From Gonapodya sp. JEL0774 (taxonomy: Eukaryota), in assembly GCA_027604505.1 (NCBI GenBank), contig JADIIX010000088.1, positions 1-64,000 on the forward strand: a stretch of 64,000 nt of DNA, written 5' to 3'. Below the pieces are notes generated by a model. The model ran no database searches and was not told the DNA's origin. It was given only the letters and a program-made list of their open reading frames with translations. The translations under genes and the position numbers were made by a program. Below, piece by piece: positions 11,998-23,948 of the stretch; within the stretch, counting starts at the first letter, position 1, and each line of letters opens with the position of its first letter.

Positions 11998-14913
11998 ATG
12001 ATGGCCGATCCGGATTCCAACGTGGCACCACCTTATTCACCCTCTCTATCTCCCGTATCAACCCAGTCATCGATTCCGTTTCCTCTACGCATGACCATAC
12101 CCACTTTCAAACGGCCGCCCGAGCTCGATTCTTCTGATAAAATTGACGAGGAGCAGGCATCACAAAAGAGGATCCGTATCGATGAAGGAGAAAACAGTGG
12201 AGATTCGACTCCAGAGGGCATCAGGACTGATAGCGGGGACGGTGGGGACAACCCATCAAATGGGGATGGAATTGCGAAGGGGGCTGAGAGTTCGCGTTCG
12301 GGAGAGATACGTACCAGCTTAAGAGAATCAAGAGACGTAGACTTGGTGTTAGAAGAGGGTAAGCATGGAGGACAGTTCGGGAAAAGTGAAGTGGAACGAA
12401 GACAGGAAGTTGAACTGCAACTTGAAGATGACTCTGGTTGCGAGACAGGCTCGGGACAGGACCTTTTGCAAGACCAGCACTCGGATGAATCTGTGTCTTC
12501 AGGGTCGGAGCTCCAGTCGGATTATGAGGTGTCCGAATCAGATGATTCGAGTTCGGGCTCAAGCGCAGATCATGCCGCAGATGGTGAAGAGGGCGAACGC
12601 AGAAAGAAGGCAACCCGGCGGTCCAATAGATTCCAAGGTACTGTCCCCATGCTGGATGAAATGGTTTCAATGATGCGGGATATGGAGCGGTTGGGTGTGT
12701 ATTCGAGTCTGATAGTCGTATATCTGTTAATTGAGTTTATTCTCGATCACGTTTTGTGCCAGATATGAACCGCTGGCTAGAGCGGTATGGGGACTTACCT
12801 GTATTGCAAGTTTTAAGGACCATTGCGGTTCTGGCAGTGAGTTGAGAGCTACAAGAAGCTAGTGAGCCTTGCTGGATATTGAGGCAGAGTGGTGTCAGCC
12901 TGGCCAGAGATGCTTGTTGGAAGGGACCGTTTCGTAACAGGCGCGGCTCTGCTGCAAGGGGCCATCACCGCGCCCGTTGAGTCCAGCTTCCAGTATGTTT
13001 GGGCACTCATCACAATCGTATCGTCGTGGAAACTACTATGACTTGAGGATACTTCGGAAGACTGCTGGCTATGTGCTCTCTCCTGCTCGTACTGATGTTG
13101 TGTAATCGCACTTCGCAACCTCCGTTGCTCAGCCTTCTTTACTTCCAGCCAATCTCCTCCCACTCCTCCTCCCCGGCACCGGCCGCTCCACCCCCGACTC
13201 GACCAGCTCTGTGTCTACTTCGGGACAGCGTCCGTACCTCGGACGTCGTGCCTTAAGCGATTCGACCATGGTGAAAGTGTTGGGATCTGTACTGAAAGAA
13301 GTGTGCCCGAGGAGCAAAGTGGAATGGGTAAAGAGCGTGGAGGTATGTTGACGTGGGGATGTATGGTGATAAAATGGTGATGATGGTCGCGTTTAAACGA
13401 GCATGACTCCCCCATCCCTGATATCACGTCTATCCTCCTCCTTCTTGAAACGTCCAAATATTGCTTCTTCTTAGGACATCCTTGACCTCATTCGCTCCTC
13501 GTCTGAAGTTGTGGTGCTCGCTGGCGCAGGCACGTCAGTGAACTGTGGCAGTGAGCTTGCCGTTACTGAGGTTTGCGTCCAAGGTACTCTTGGACTCAAA
13601 TTTCCCCTTGCCTTGCTTAGTCCCCGACTTTCGCTCTGAAGACGGAATCTATGCCAGACTCAAAGGACGCTTCGGACTCAAGAGGCCTGAGGTGAGGTGC
13701 TGCGTTGGTCATGACTTCACTCTGAAAATGAAACGAACACCCTCGCGTCATCCCCATTCCATTCTGTAACGCGCGATAACCAGGACATGTTTTCTCTGCC
13801 TTTGTTTCTCCGGCGTCCCGATATCTTTTACTCGTTCGCAGAGGAGATTTACTGTGCACCCGGTGCCGCGGAAAATCGATTCCAGCCAGGCGCGGCTCAC
13901 TGGTTTTTTCGATTGTTGTCAGAGAAAGGGAGGTTAAAGCGAATCTATACGCAAGTGAGACCGAGATAATACTGTTGTTCCGCGAGGAAAGCTGAGAATC
14001 GTACGCTTTCCTTTGCAGAACATTGACTCGCTCGATATTCTTGCGGGCGTCCCCAAAGAAAAAGTGGTACAATGTCATGGGAGCTTTGCATCGGCATCAT
14101 GTGTGGTGTGTGATTGGAAATGCGAAGGCAACGAAATTGAAGCGGCAGTAAAGGAAAAGGTCTGTTTCGTTTGACCGCATTATTGGCGCTTTTCGGTTAA
14201 ATACCATAAATTCTTCACCACAGCGAGTGCCACGGTGTCCCGTCTGTCCTCCGAAGCAGACACGCGTACCTCCACCGAATGAACCCGCCCCACCCGCTTG
14301 GGACGACTCCACCCTTGTGGAGGCTCTTCTTCCCCCACCGATAAAACCTGACATTGTTTTCTTTGGCGAACAACTTCCCTCCACCTTCCACCGCCTTATC
14401 CAGGACGACTTGCCAAATTGCAAGGTGATGCTTGTCGTGGGCACATCGCTTCAGGTGGCGCCAGTTGCCACCATGCCAAAGTTGCTACCAGTGGATGTAC
14501 CTGCCGTTGTGGTTAACAAAACACCGGTTAGACCAGGCGAGTTTGATGTTGAGTTGTTGGGTGACGTGGACGCCGTCGTGGGGTGGATATGCAAGAAGTT
14601 AGAGTGGGAGGGCAGATATGAAGAGCTCCGAAAACGTCCGGTGGAAACACGGGAAGGTGAGGTTGAAGCCGCCGAAGGGAAAGTGGATAAGGAGGCTCTT
14701 GGATGTGGTTCAGGTAGTCAGAATGAAAACGCAGAAGACGATTCACCGTATCGCTTCGTGGAACCGAATCGGTATTTGTTTCCTGGAGCGGTTCTCGAGT
14801 CAGTTGGAGGGAAGCGCAGACCCAGTGAATCATGGGAGGGAAGTGACGAGACGACGGAGGATGAGAGTGATGTAAATGAGGCGTTAGTGGATGAGGACCA
14901 TGAGGACTCTTGA
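11998..14913 (+). CDS. SIR2: NAD-dependent deacetylase, class I sirtuin (Sir2/Hst1/SIRT1-like)
   Basis: Spliced GAGTSVNCG|IPDFRSEDGIY, YTQ|NIDSLD, QCHGSF-CxxC...CxxC, KPDIVFFGEQLP, VGTSLQVAPVA. Acidic N-terminal extension. Confidence 0.9.
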
Positions 14914-15040
14914 AATCGTAGGACTAGCACATAGCCTCCGACGTCTGAAATTTATTTGAGATTGATTTGTATGTAGATTCGTTTTTTAAACACAGTCCCA
15001 GGTGTCTCGCGATAAATTCAAAATGTACTGGAAACTGTGT

Positions 15041-15152
15041 TAATGTCCATCTCCAACACACAGTTTGGGCATTCTGTAATGTACTGGAGGCTGTACAACT
15101 GTAGTAGTGTTCTAATGTCCATCTCCAACACACAGTTTGGCATTCTGTAATG
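15041..15152. repeat. Imperfect ~40-bp direct repeat spanning the GSH1 stop region and its 3' flank
   Basis: TAATGTCCATCTCCAACACACAGTTTGG(G)CATTCTGTAATG occurs at 15041-15081 and 15113-15152, differing by a single-G indel. Confidence 0.9.
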
Positions 15153-17959
15153 CCTCGGGGTCTCCCTCACCAATTTTACGTACAAAATCACACAAATCCG
15201 CTGCTATTTGCTCCGAGATGACGCTATCACCCTTATAGTCGGGGTGTTTATGCACCACCTCCCGCAACAATGTCGCTGTCGTCACATAATCCCCCCTCGC
15301 TTTCGCAGCGATGAAATCAACATACCGCTGCAAAGAGCAATGGACGGATTCTTCAACATGCGGTTGACCCTGGAGATATGCCCGGACTAGTGGCACTAGA
15401 CCAGGAAAGTCAAGGGTGGCATTGCCATTCATAATGTCATTGATAGTCATAGAGATGTGCTGATCGGGATCTGAGGCACTGGGAAGAGAAAAGTATTCTG
15501 GTCCAGGAACCGAACCAGTGGCGTGACCGTTCGCTGGAGCTTCAGTTGGGAGCAGATCGGCAAGCACATCCGCGTTCACGCCTAAAATCGGGAAACAGTT
15601 GAGTCCGTCTAATCACACGAGGAGGAAGGCCAGAATTCGTACCGAAGACATTCTTTCGGAACCAGAAACGCCCTTGCCGAGCCGCGTCTCGCTTCTGTGC
15701 AGTTTGCAGGTTCTCATCAACCTGTTCATTTCAACCAATACAAGCGAAATAAATGATCTACTAGAAAACCTTATCAGCGGCAATTATCACTTACCTTGGA
15801 CAATGGCATGTAAAAATTAAGCCCGAATCCAAGCACCGCACGAACAAGCAGCACAACGAACACCGCAAACGCTGAGTTTTCGAAGTCTGTGAGCTGGAGT
15901 TCCAGCGGGCGGAACTCTACGCGCCATCCAATGTTGGGATTGTTTGGTGGAGGTGGCTTGAAGCGGAGCGTTTGCCAGTTGGTAGATTGAATATTCTGAT
16001 AATGAGGAGGTTTTGTATAGTCATGTTAGAGTACTCCGAGTTTTGCCGGTGTCTTCACCTCAAAATGGTCGGAGCTAGTGGAGTCGTCTTGGTCTAACAG
16101 TTCCTTATATACGACGAGAGGATCTCGTATAAAGAGATGCGCAACGTGTTGAGCGAGGTGGTGGTCGATATCTAAATGCGCGAAAGACCAACGATTGGAA
16201 AGTCATGCTGGCCATTCCCGCGCGCCGCACCCACCATTCTCCCGCAACCGATCATACACCTTTTTGTTTATCGGCGCCGAGATATCGTTGTACTTATCGT
16301 CAAAGTAGTCCACCTCCACTCTCTTGCTCGGACTGGGTTCGTCGCATCCACAAGGGTTTGTGAGATCCTCTGCAGATGTTGAGCGAATCGGTGTGTCAGG
16401 CGGTGAGTGGCGTGGGGTTACCATGTCGAGTCGGGGAAAGCCGCAACCGCCAGAATAATCAGGTCCGCCGGAGAGGTACAAGGAGACTGAGTCGTAACGG
16501 GATTTGGGAATGCGGAAGGTTGACTTTTGGAGTGGCTGTGGAAGATTGCGAGGCTCATGTTACCTTACCCGGAAATGAGGTGGCCCTCCAATCGTATATC
16601 TATACTTTAAGTAGTTATCACAACGAACCTCGAGACCTCGCTCCTCTCGCGTTCGATCATCCACAGATCCCGAAATTGTATTCCAACGACAATCCACATC
16701 AACCAAGTAGCCTCGGAAAATAGGACTAGCAGCCGATAGAGCAGTCTGAGTGGCATATCAAAGTTCAAAACCGTCGTTCTTGAATCAAAATCAACCAGCG
16801 ACTCACGAGGATTGGCGCCACAGGAATGAGTGCATCGTACAACCTTCTTGCCTCTTCCACCGAGCATGCCTGGAATGTAATTTGCAAACAGCAGTTTCCC
16901 ATTCCAAAAGCCATAGCGTCGAGGTAGACGTGGTCAGGTTTAGCACAGTTGGGCAACAGGCCCGGGACTGTGGGATTCTCTAAGGGTATGGGGACTTGAG
17001 GAAGTGTGCTGGACTCTAAAAGCGTGGACGGAGCAGGCTCCAGGAAGGGAGTCGGGGTGTTGACGTCGTGGAAGATGGGAAGGTTGATCGCGACTTTCTC
17101 CCCGCGGCGAGTGCGAATGTTGGCGGTGAGAGTCCTACGATGGTACATTTCGAACAGAGTCAAGTGAATTCCCAAAGCAAAAGTACACATTTTGATTGGT
17201 AGAAGTTTCTGATTCAAAGCAATCGTTTAGGCCGTCCGAACACTCACGGGAATCGTGCGTGTGGATTGATTGCAGAGTCTGGAATAAATAAACTTCGAGA
17301 CGCGCTCGAATCCGGTTCGGGAAGTTGGCCAGGGGGATAAAACGAGTCGGGGCATCCGAGACGGGGGAACACTGTGAGCGTCAGAAGGGCTTCGTGTGGA
17401 GCGCACACCCGCTCAGCCTGTCTCCGCCTGTCAAATTGTAGGGCACCAGTTCACGTTTGAGGGCTAAGTCACCACCAACACAGCAAAACGCAACCAACCT
17501 CTTTCTCATGCTCTCCTGAACACTCAAGAGATCCTTGAGAGTCGAACCAAAAGGTTCCGCTGGTGTAGCTTCCGCCATGAACCTCCCGTATTCGGGCACC
17601 CAGTGACCATCCGGAACGATTCCAGTTTTTCGCACTTCCTCCTCATCTCGTGCAAGTTTCGCCACAAGTTCATGTGCCGACGTTGACAGGCGGGCTCTTG
17701 TCGGTCGGCCTCGCTTGGTTCCGAAGCCGTTTGTCAAACCATTCGACACATGGGGCTTCTCAACATCTCCATCACCGTCGTAGTCAAAGTGGACGAGCAG
17801 GTACTCCACTTCGTCTCCAAAATAGAGCGCGTCCTGTCGTCTGGTCTTGCACTTTCTCCAAATATTTAAGAACTGCTCGATACCGTGGGTGCGGACGTGC
17901 TCGGCATGCTGCTTCGCTTCATCCCACGAAAGAGGCGTTCCGAGAGTAAGTAGGCCCAT
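15112..17959 (-). CDS. GSH1: Glutamate-cysteine ligase catalytic subunit, multi-exon
   Basis: [82 protein letters not shown]. Confidence 0.95.
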
Positions 17960-18518
17960 ATTATTGGGTTGTTTCAAACAGGATTCTGACCGTTTTGGAG
18001 ACCGTGGAGACCGCAAAGAGAAGCGGACCGTGAGCCGAACGAGTGAAGGTCACTTGACGACCGATATGGCGAGACGATTGCAGCTCAGCAAGAGAATGGC
18101 TCTTGGCGATCAACGTGAGTCTCAATCACGGCAATGTTGTGATCTCGTAATCTGAATTTCTTCTCATTCAACATGAGGCCTCGGACCGCCAGACGCAACA
18201 ATCAGGATATTTCCCAACCATTCAGAACAGCCTTTGCTCTCGAATTAAAATAGCCTTCTTTCAATTAACTACTTCGAGACTTACAGGAGGCGGTAGAAAC
18301 AGAACGGGAATGAAAGAGAGTTGGAGTAGTGAGTGATAGCCCTCGCAAAAGGGGGAGTCACAAAATGTCAAGAACAATAATTTGCACGTGTGTTACCGGC
18401 ACCATTTGGTGTTGAGGAAAGCTCTCCTCTTATTTAGCCGGTCATTTCAAGCAAAGAAATTAGCCAGGCGGCTTTGAAGATAGTAGATACCCACCAAAAA
18501 CATCGCGAACATCATCGC

Positions 18519-21500
18519 ATGAGCGACCGATGGGTACGACCTGAGGACAGGAAGATCCCAAAAGTAGTTTGTGCGAGAGAGCTTCGCGAGAAGGGCCAAC
18601 AACTGTTGGAATCATCGAGGTGGGAACGTGGGAGAGGTCCTGACGGTAGCGGTCACGTCCTTCAAACAGGAAGTCACCCAAACGGAACTCGAGCAGTGGG
18701 CTGGGTACACGGGCGAGGAGGAGGAGGAGATCGAAATTGGAGAGGGAAGAGTAGAGGTTATTGGAACGGACAACCACGGCATTCCCCTACGACGCACGGG
18801 CGAAACTGGAATGCTGTATCCGACCGCTGGAATTCCAGATACGAGCGCGACGTGGGTGGCCGAATCTCGGCTCAAACTGCCTCAAATGAAGAACATCGCC
18901 AAGAACAGGGCGCTCCGCCAGGAAAGAGTCAACTCCCGCTTCCTCCAAATTCGCATTCCTGGCGACCCACGACCTCAACTTCTGGACTTGTTTTTGAGCC
19001 TGCTATAGGTAGGGGCTCTCGCCCATCCACTAGGCGCTCTCCTCCACCTATGAATTCAGAATTGCCTGCGCTAGGTTGGGGTTCTCACCCATCCACCAGG
19101 CGCTCTCCCCCACCTACGAGTGCAGAATTGCGAACACGCTCACCAGTCGAAAAGCCTCGAGTGACAATACTGGAAAAGCGACCAGGTTCCCCGTCACCGA
19201 ATGGACTGACACCGCCCCACAAAAGTAAACGACAGCGTCAGGCTCCCGTGGACGAGTCAACCTCTCACATTTCGAAAAAACTCTCATCATCTGACGTGAT
19301 TCGACCAGAGTTGTTTCAGCCCCGTGATCTTATCACCTCCTCATACTCGTCCCAACCACCATTTGCTCGCAAGAAACAACGCCGGTTCTCTTCATCCTCA
19401 TCATCCTCATCCTGCACCTCATCTTCCGAAGATAACCGTAAACGTCGTCGACGTCACCACGATCGTACTAAATCACGCTCGCGGAAACACCATGGCGAAG
19501 ATCATGTCCAACCCGATAAATCCCACCTACGCGCCCCTTCACCTCGCATTAAACCCGACCCTGATAGCCGATCCCTTCATTTTATCACTGCAAATGACTC
19601 GTCCGTTGGCTCGGCGGCGATTGAGCAGTGGGATATTCGCGAATCGCCACCTTCACCGATGGACTCAGACCCTCTGGATTGGCGATGCTCGTGCTCTACC
19701 GAGCAGAATGCGCCAAGTCGTTTTCCTCCCAATATCGGAGTGAGCTCGCGAGAAGGAGAGGTTGTTGGTATACGAAGTGGAAGTGACGCGACTGGGCCTG
19801 ATCATATGGTTTCGGACGCCGACGAAGCTGATGACGAGTGGGAAGATTGGGCAGAATACATCGTTGAAGAAGACGAAGGGAATGACCAGGTGGAACAGGG
19901 AAGGCATGGGGACGGCACAGTTTGGAACCCTGGTTTGGAACACGGCAACATCCAGGTGGAAGCACCAGGAAGCCCACAACCCATACTTCAAGCACACCAT
20001 GAGCGTGCACCACCAAACACCACTGAACTCCTGCTTCAACCACACCCTCCCAACCACACACAATCACTTCCGCCCTCGAATCCGATTTGCCCTCCAGCCT
20101 CTGTAACACCCCTCGTGGCTGCCCTCGCTGCGGTTCTCCGGCGTCTGGTGAATCAGCAAAATCACGCCCCTGTCATTCTCGGCCTGTCCAACGGAAGTCC
20201 CTTGTCGGTTCCCGTTGCACGTGATGTCGTGTCGGCAGCTGGTATTCCGTTGGCACCCAGATTTTGGACCAAGGAGAAACTGCCAGTGGGAGCAGTATGT
20301 GGCTTGGTGGAGGCACGGGGTCCGAGTACGCTTCTCGTCGTGGGGCATTGGAGGACAGGAAAGGAGGTCGGTGTCATTGCTTGCGATGTTTGCCAATTCG
20401 CCTTCGCTCACGCTGGATCGTCACACACGTACCAGGCGATCGGGGCGTTCAGGATGCTTCACGGTTTCGCACACCCAGCACTAGGTGACGGTGTCACGCT
20501 CGAGGCAACCATGTGGAATAAATGGTGTGACAAAGAATCGTGGCGGTGCGACGTGTGGAACATACCCTTCAGCGTTAGCATGGAGGTGAGTTGTTCGGTA
20601 TGAACGAGAGAGTGTGCGCTGTATCACTCGGCAAACTCACCATTGCGGATGCTTGGATTGCGAAAATTTCAGCAAATTCTCGAGTCAGTTCGCTTGTACC
20701 AACCTCTCTTGCGTCCGCTCGGTACTGAGGGTCGCCGGAGACTTCGTAAAATAACTTGGACGGCAAAATTGTGGCTGGAAACCAAACAAGAGGCGGATGC
20801 AGCCGTTAAGGTTGGTCCCCGCGGTCTGCATCTAAAGAGATTGCGATTTTTCGCTTAACCGCCAAAAACCTGCAAACCGCCAAATCCCCTGCAGGTTTTT
20901 GTCCCTGAGGTAATTGAGAAATGGAACATACCAAAAGATCTTGCCGCAGAAGTTAAGGTCCGTGTTATGACCCCTTCGGTTGCTCTTGATGGGACCTCCC
21001 ATCTGAGCATCGAGAGTACCCAGCAGTCATCGTTGGATGAGGTGGCTCAAAGGAGCGAGAACAGATCTGATCGAGAATCCCAAGAAGCACCGGGAAACGG
21101 AAACGAGACTTTGGTGGGAACAAAAGACTCACTCTACTCATTCTCAGCTGATTCGACGGCGCCCACTCTCACCGTGGATTCAATTCCGAACCGGGGCAGC
21201 CCTCCTGACTCTGGCATGAAACGCAAGGGCAAATTGAAGAGCGTGTGGGCTGCAGTCAAACGTGACCCTGATGGTCCACCCTTTTCCGTATTGCACGCAA
21301 GCTTGCTATACGAATACTTCAACATCGGAGGAGCCACCGACGGGGTAGCTCAACCGTTTCATCGGATCGCTTGGATGACCGACACACTTGGGAATCAGGA
21401 TTGTGCGACTCTCTTTGCATCGACCATCACGGGGGACGTCTACACTGTGAGAGTACGCTTCCCTAGAAGCGCTCACGAATGGAGGAACCAAGTGGCGGAT

Positions 21501-22672
21501 CTCCAGTCTCGAGCAGGAACGCCAGATCGATCCGCCATCACAGTGGAAAAGCTGGTGGCTGGAACCAGCCAAAAGGTGCTCGAGATGCGATGGGTAGATG
21601 ACTGTTGTGAATCTCGCCAGAAGCTTAGTGGTGGATGGCTTTTGCTCAATGTTGACGGTGGTCGATTGGAAGTGATGCGATTCGATGAGTCAAAGGGTGG
21701 AGAACTCGAACCTGCTTTCCGACGATCGATGGTGTTCGGAGGAACGAAAAGCATTGAAGGGGAAGACCTCGACCGACCGTTGCTCACGTTCATCGATGTT
21801 CAGCCAGAAAAGAAGGTAGTTGTGACTGGATGTGGTGAGTGGGGAGTCAGGCTGAGGGTCCTCATCATTATCTCACAGACCTCGACCAAACAGATCCTTC
21901 TTCCATCTACCAGTGGCACTTTGATCTATCACTAAACCTACCGCCTGATATCTGGGGAAGTTCTCCTTCTGTAGTAGAACCTGTTTTTCGCGGATCTTTT
22001 GATTCCGTGCTATCCTCCCTCTCTAGTGGTATTGCCTTGGCGACACATCCAGTGAATGCTAAAATGGCCATTCTTGTGCTGAAATCGGTTCATGACGGGA
22101 TATCTATTGACATTATCCTCGTTAAGTGTGTGGATGACGGTGAAGTAGTGGAGTTGGCCCGACACTCGGCAACACCAGAAAACTGCTCCCCTCAAGGTTT
22201 TCATGATGCTCCGAGCGTCTCTGTTGCCTCTACGCAAACCTCTCTAAGTTCCGTTCGGGTTGCAGCAGCGCTTGGAGCAGTCGTTGTGGTGTGCGATTTT
22301 GTGGAGAGTTCGAGCTCCAAGTTCATCGTCGGGAAGAGCACCACAACCAAGGTTAAAGATGCAACAACCACTGGGATGATTCGTTGGATGGAGAGCCGCG
22401 GACAGGCAGGACCCTCGCAAGAGCGTTCTTGCTTGCAGTTCGTTGTCGGTACTGATCGTGGCTTCCAGGTGTATCAAGTCGACGACGCCGGTGTCACTCT
22501 CCGATTCGTGCACGCAACTTGGACGAAGCGAGATGCAGGTGGTGTGTGGAGGGACGCCGTATGGTGCCCCGTGGATTCGGAGTGGAGCAAAGGGATGCTG
22601 GCAAGTGTAGGTGGAGATGAGCGAGGAACGATTGATGTTTGGAAAGCACGTGGAGCGAGGGGGTGGAACTGA
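18519..22672 (+). CDS. Large hypothetical protein: Arg/Ser/Pro-rich disordered N-terminus and a possible beta-propeller-like C-terminus; about 4 exons
   Basis: ORFs 18474-20603, 20643-20858, 20967-21935 and 21839-22672 appear joinable in frame through GT-AG introns. The C-terminus MLASVGGDERGTIDVWK is WD40-like. Confidence 0.6.
18999..19130 (+). repeat. 66-bp in-frame tandem duplication (two copies)
   Basis: Encodes PAIGRGSRPSTRRSPPPMNSEL followed by PALGWGSHPSTRRSPPPTSAEL. Confidence 0.85.
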
Positions 22673-22915
22673 TTCACCGTAATAAAGTTGGTGAGAAGGA
22701 TGAGGGTTGGCAAGCGGACGAGTGTGGGAAGCAGTTGGTGATTCGAATGATAATGATATCTTTTGCAATCCAAAATACTGTCATATATTGTACAGACATT
22801 ATAGCATTTGAAAGAAATTGCTTATTTCAATGTTTGTGGTTTTGAGACTTTTTGTTGCTCGATTTGGAAGACAGGGTGATTCTCTCCACCGAGCCAGAAA
22901 TCCTTCCACATTACG

Positions 22916-23526
22916 ATGCGTCTCCCCAAGCCGCTCCTTGCTGCCGTCTTCTGCACTTTGGTGATGACTTTTGGGGTTTTGGTAACTCCAGCGCTGGGTG
23001 GTGGGTGCCTGGAAGGGAATCCGGTCACAGTTTCCAGCTGCTTCTCGAGGCAAGGTCGTCAGAAGGTCTCACACCGATTCCACACTTCTGTGCATTCTCA
23101 GCTCCACGCATTCCCGCTGCCGCCCCGAAGTCTCCGGTACAGCCGCGAGATACGAGACCAATTGATCCCCGTCCTGTGCCACCCCAAGGCCCTCACGAGG
23201 GCAACCCTATCCCGCCGAGTCATTTCAACGCGAAAACCTTACCAAAAGAGATGCGAACTCAGTTCTATCACGATCTCGGTCTGCCAAGCCGGGAGTGGAT
23301 GAGACCCGGTGAGATGGTGGATAGCAAGGGAAAAGTAAAGCTCACTGGGAGAATTGGGGGGAGATTCGACGTATGTTGACTGATTTTGCGATTGCGGTGT
23401 TGAAGTGCTTTTGTTGTTTGTGCTCATCTACTTCCGCACCACTGTCACACGGGAACTTCCTGTCAGCCTTCACAAGAGAAGGCATTTCTTGCGGAGCACG
23501 GATGGACCCACCACGACGAACTTTGA
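22916..23526 (+). CDS. Small (~137 aa) secretory-pathway protein with signal peptide and C-terminal HDEL
   Basis: Exons 22916-23000, 23102-23370 and 23467-23526 join in frame: MRLPKPLLAAVFCTLVMTFGVLVTPALG|APRIP...GGRFD|PSQEKAFLAEHGWTHHDEL*. Confidence 0.75.
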
Positions 23527-23948
23527 TTGTTCACTAAGGACTGTTTTCATATCTGCTTAATCATCAATGTTACTGCATTTACTTTTCGATAACTTACTGT
23601 AACTTACCTGATCTCAACCAAAATACCAGTGAATGTCAATTTAATAATGTTATAGGCCGAAAGGTAGAACGGAGGGGGCGTTGTGAGTAGGGGGGAAGAA
23701 GGGGCGAGGGGGGAGGTGGTGGTGGGGGGGTGGAGGAGCTGTTGTGTATTATTATAAAATGAACAGATCTGTGGCCGTACATACACATCCAAAAACCTCA
23801 GCATTATTATTATCTGTGGGGATCGCTTCTCTCAGCGATTCAGGGTCATCTCGCGCTTAAAAACTGTTGTCAGTTTCTGCCAGGCTGGCTGGGGAGAAAC
23901 AGTGGAATCTGGGAGATTTCATACTGCCAACGGCACTGGGCCCGTGGA

